NCBI GenBank assembly: GCA_048938025.1
Contig: JBHLMP010000015.1
Location: 52,070 to 67,728 of the forward strand
Direction: 5' to 3'
DNA: 15,659 bases
Source: Promethearchaeota archaeon
GTDB lineage: Archaea; Asgardarchaeota; Lokiarchaeia; Sigyniarchaeales; SOKP01
Positions 15,383 through 15,659 of the stretch are shown here, one piece after another (within the stretch, counting starts at the first letter, position 1; each line of letters begins with the position of its first letter). The translations under genes were made by a program, and so were the position numbers. The notes beneath the pieces are model-generated. The model made no database searches. It had not been told where the DNA came from and worked only from the letters and a program-made list of their open reading frames with translations.

Positions 15383-15659
15383 ATGGTTAAAGATATTAAC
15401 TCACGATTTGATGAAAAAATTAAAGATTTAGAAGAAACTTTACCAACACTAGATACTAATAGGAATTGTGCTGCCCTCACTCTAACAAATATTCTTGAAA
15501 CTCTTGGATTGGGCAATATTTATTTTCACAACCTTGCTATTCCATTGTCAGGCGGTTTTGGTGGTTTTAAATCATTAAAAGGCTGGAAAGGTCCTTGTGG
15601 TGCAGTTTGTGGAGGATGTGCGGCAATTGGTATAATAATGGGAGGACAGGAAAAAATAA
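15383..15659 (+). CDS. Second C-GCAxxG-C-C family protein, truncated by the window end; absent from the ORF track
   Basis: Manual translation MVKDINSRF...NRNCAALTL...PLSGGFGG...GPCGAVCGGCAAIGIIMG..., with GAGGGGA SD 5 nt upstream and no stop before the edge. Confidence 0.85.
   Translation, partial: MVKDINSRFDEKIKDLEETLPTLDTNRNCAALTLTNILETLGLGNIYFHNLAIPLSGGFGGFKSLKGWKGPCGAVCGGCAAIGIIMGGQEKI

Noticed and set aside
1-15659. Selenocysteine (UGA) readthrough in the redox genes
   Set aside because: No in-frame TGA at catalytic positions; the TGA stops at 1792-1794 and 1845-1843 fall at natural-looking C-termini, and no SECIS was recognised.
1-15659. CRISPR arrays, tRNA/rRNA, IS elements
   Set aside because: No spaced direct repeats, GC-rich structured segments, transposase or terminal inverted repeats seen by eye.

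Overview
Very AT-rich archaeal-style window that reads like an Asgard archaeon (Lokiarchaeia/Promethearchaeota-like). This is inferred from a Rab-like GTPase, three longin-like domains and AGGTGA/GAGGGA Shine-Dalgarno sites. Left part: tandem OsmC-like protein, coiled-coil protein, dihydrolipoamide dehydrogenase, MOFRL glycerate kinase and an unannotated 57-aa CPxCG zinc-finger microprotein. Centre: a 717-aa cytoplasmic beta-sandwich protein with motifs matching the mu-homology domain (MHD) of AP-mu/delta-COP, a 7-blade WD40/FG-GAP propeller with two winged-helix-like repeats, and a stand-alone longin; together these may form an adaptor/coat-like module. Right part: MBL hydrolase and Fe-S protein, two paralogous 7TM-longin proteins head-to-head with a Rab-like GTPase, and two C-GCAxxG-C-C redox proteins. 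The longin and GTPase genes have no ATG/GTG/TTG upstream of their essential N-terminal motifs and appear to start at SD-preceded ATA codons. No RNA genes, CRISPR arrays or mobile elements were recognised. All family calls are by eye, with no database search.
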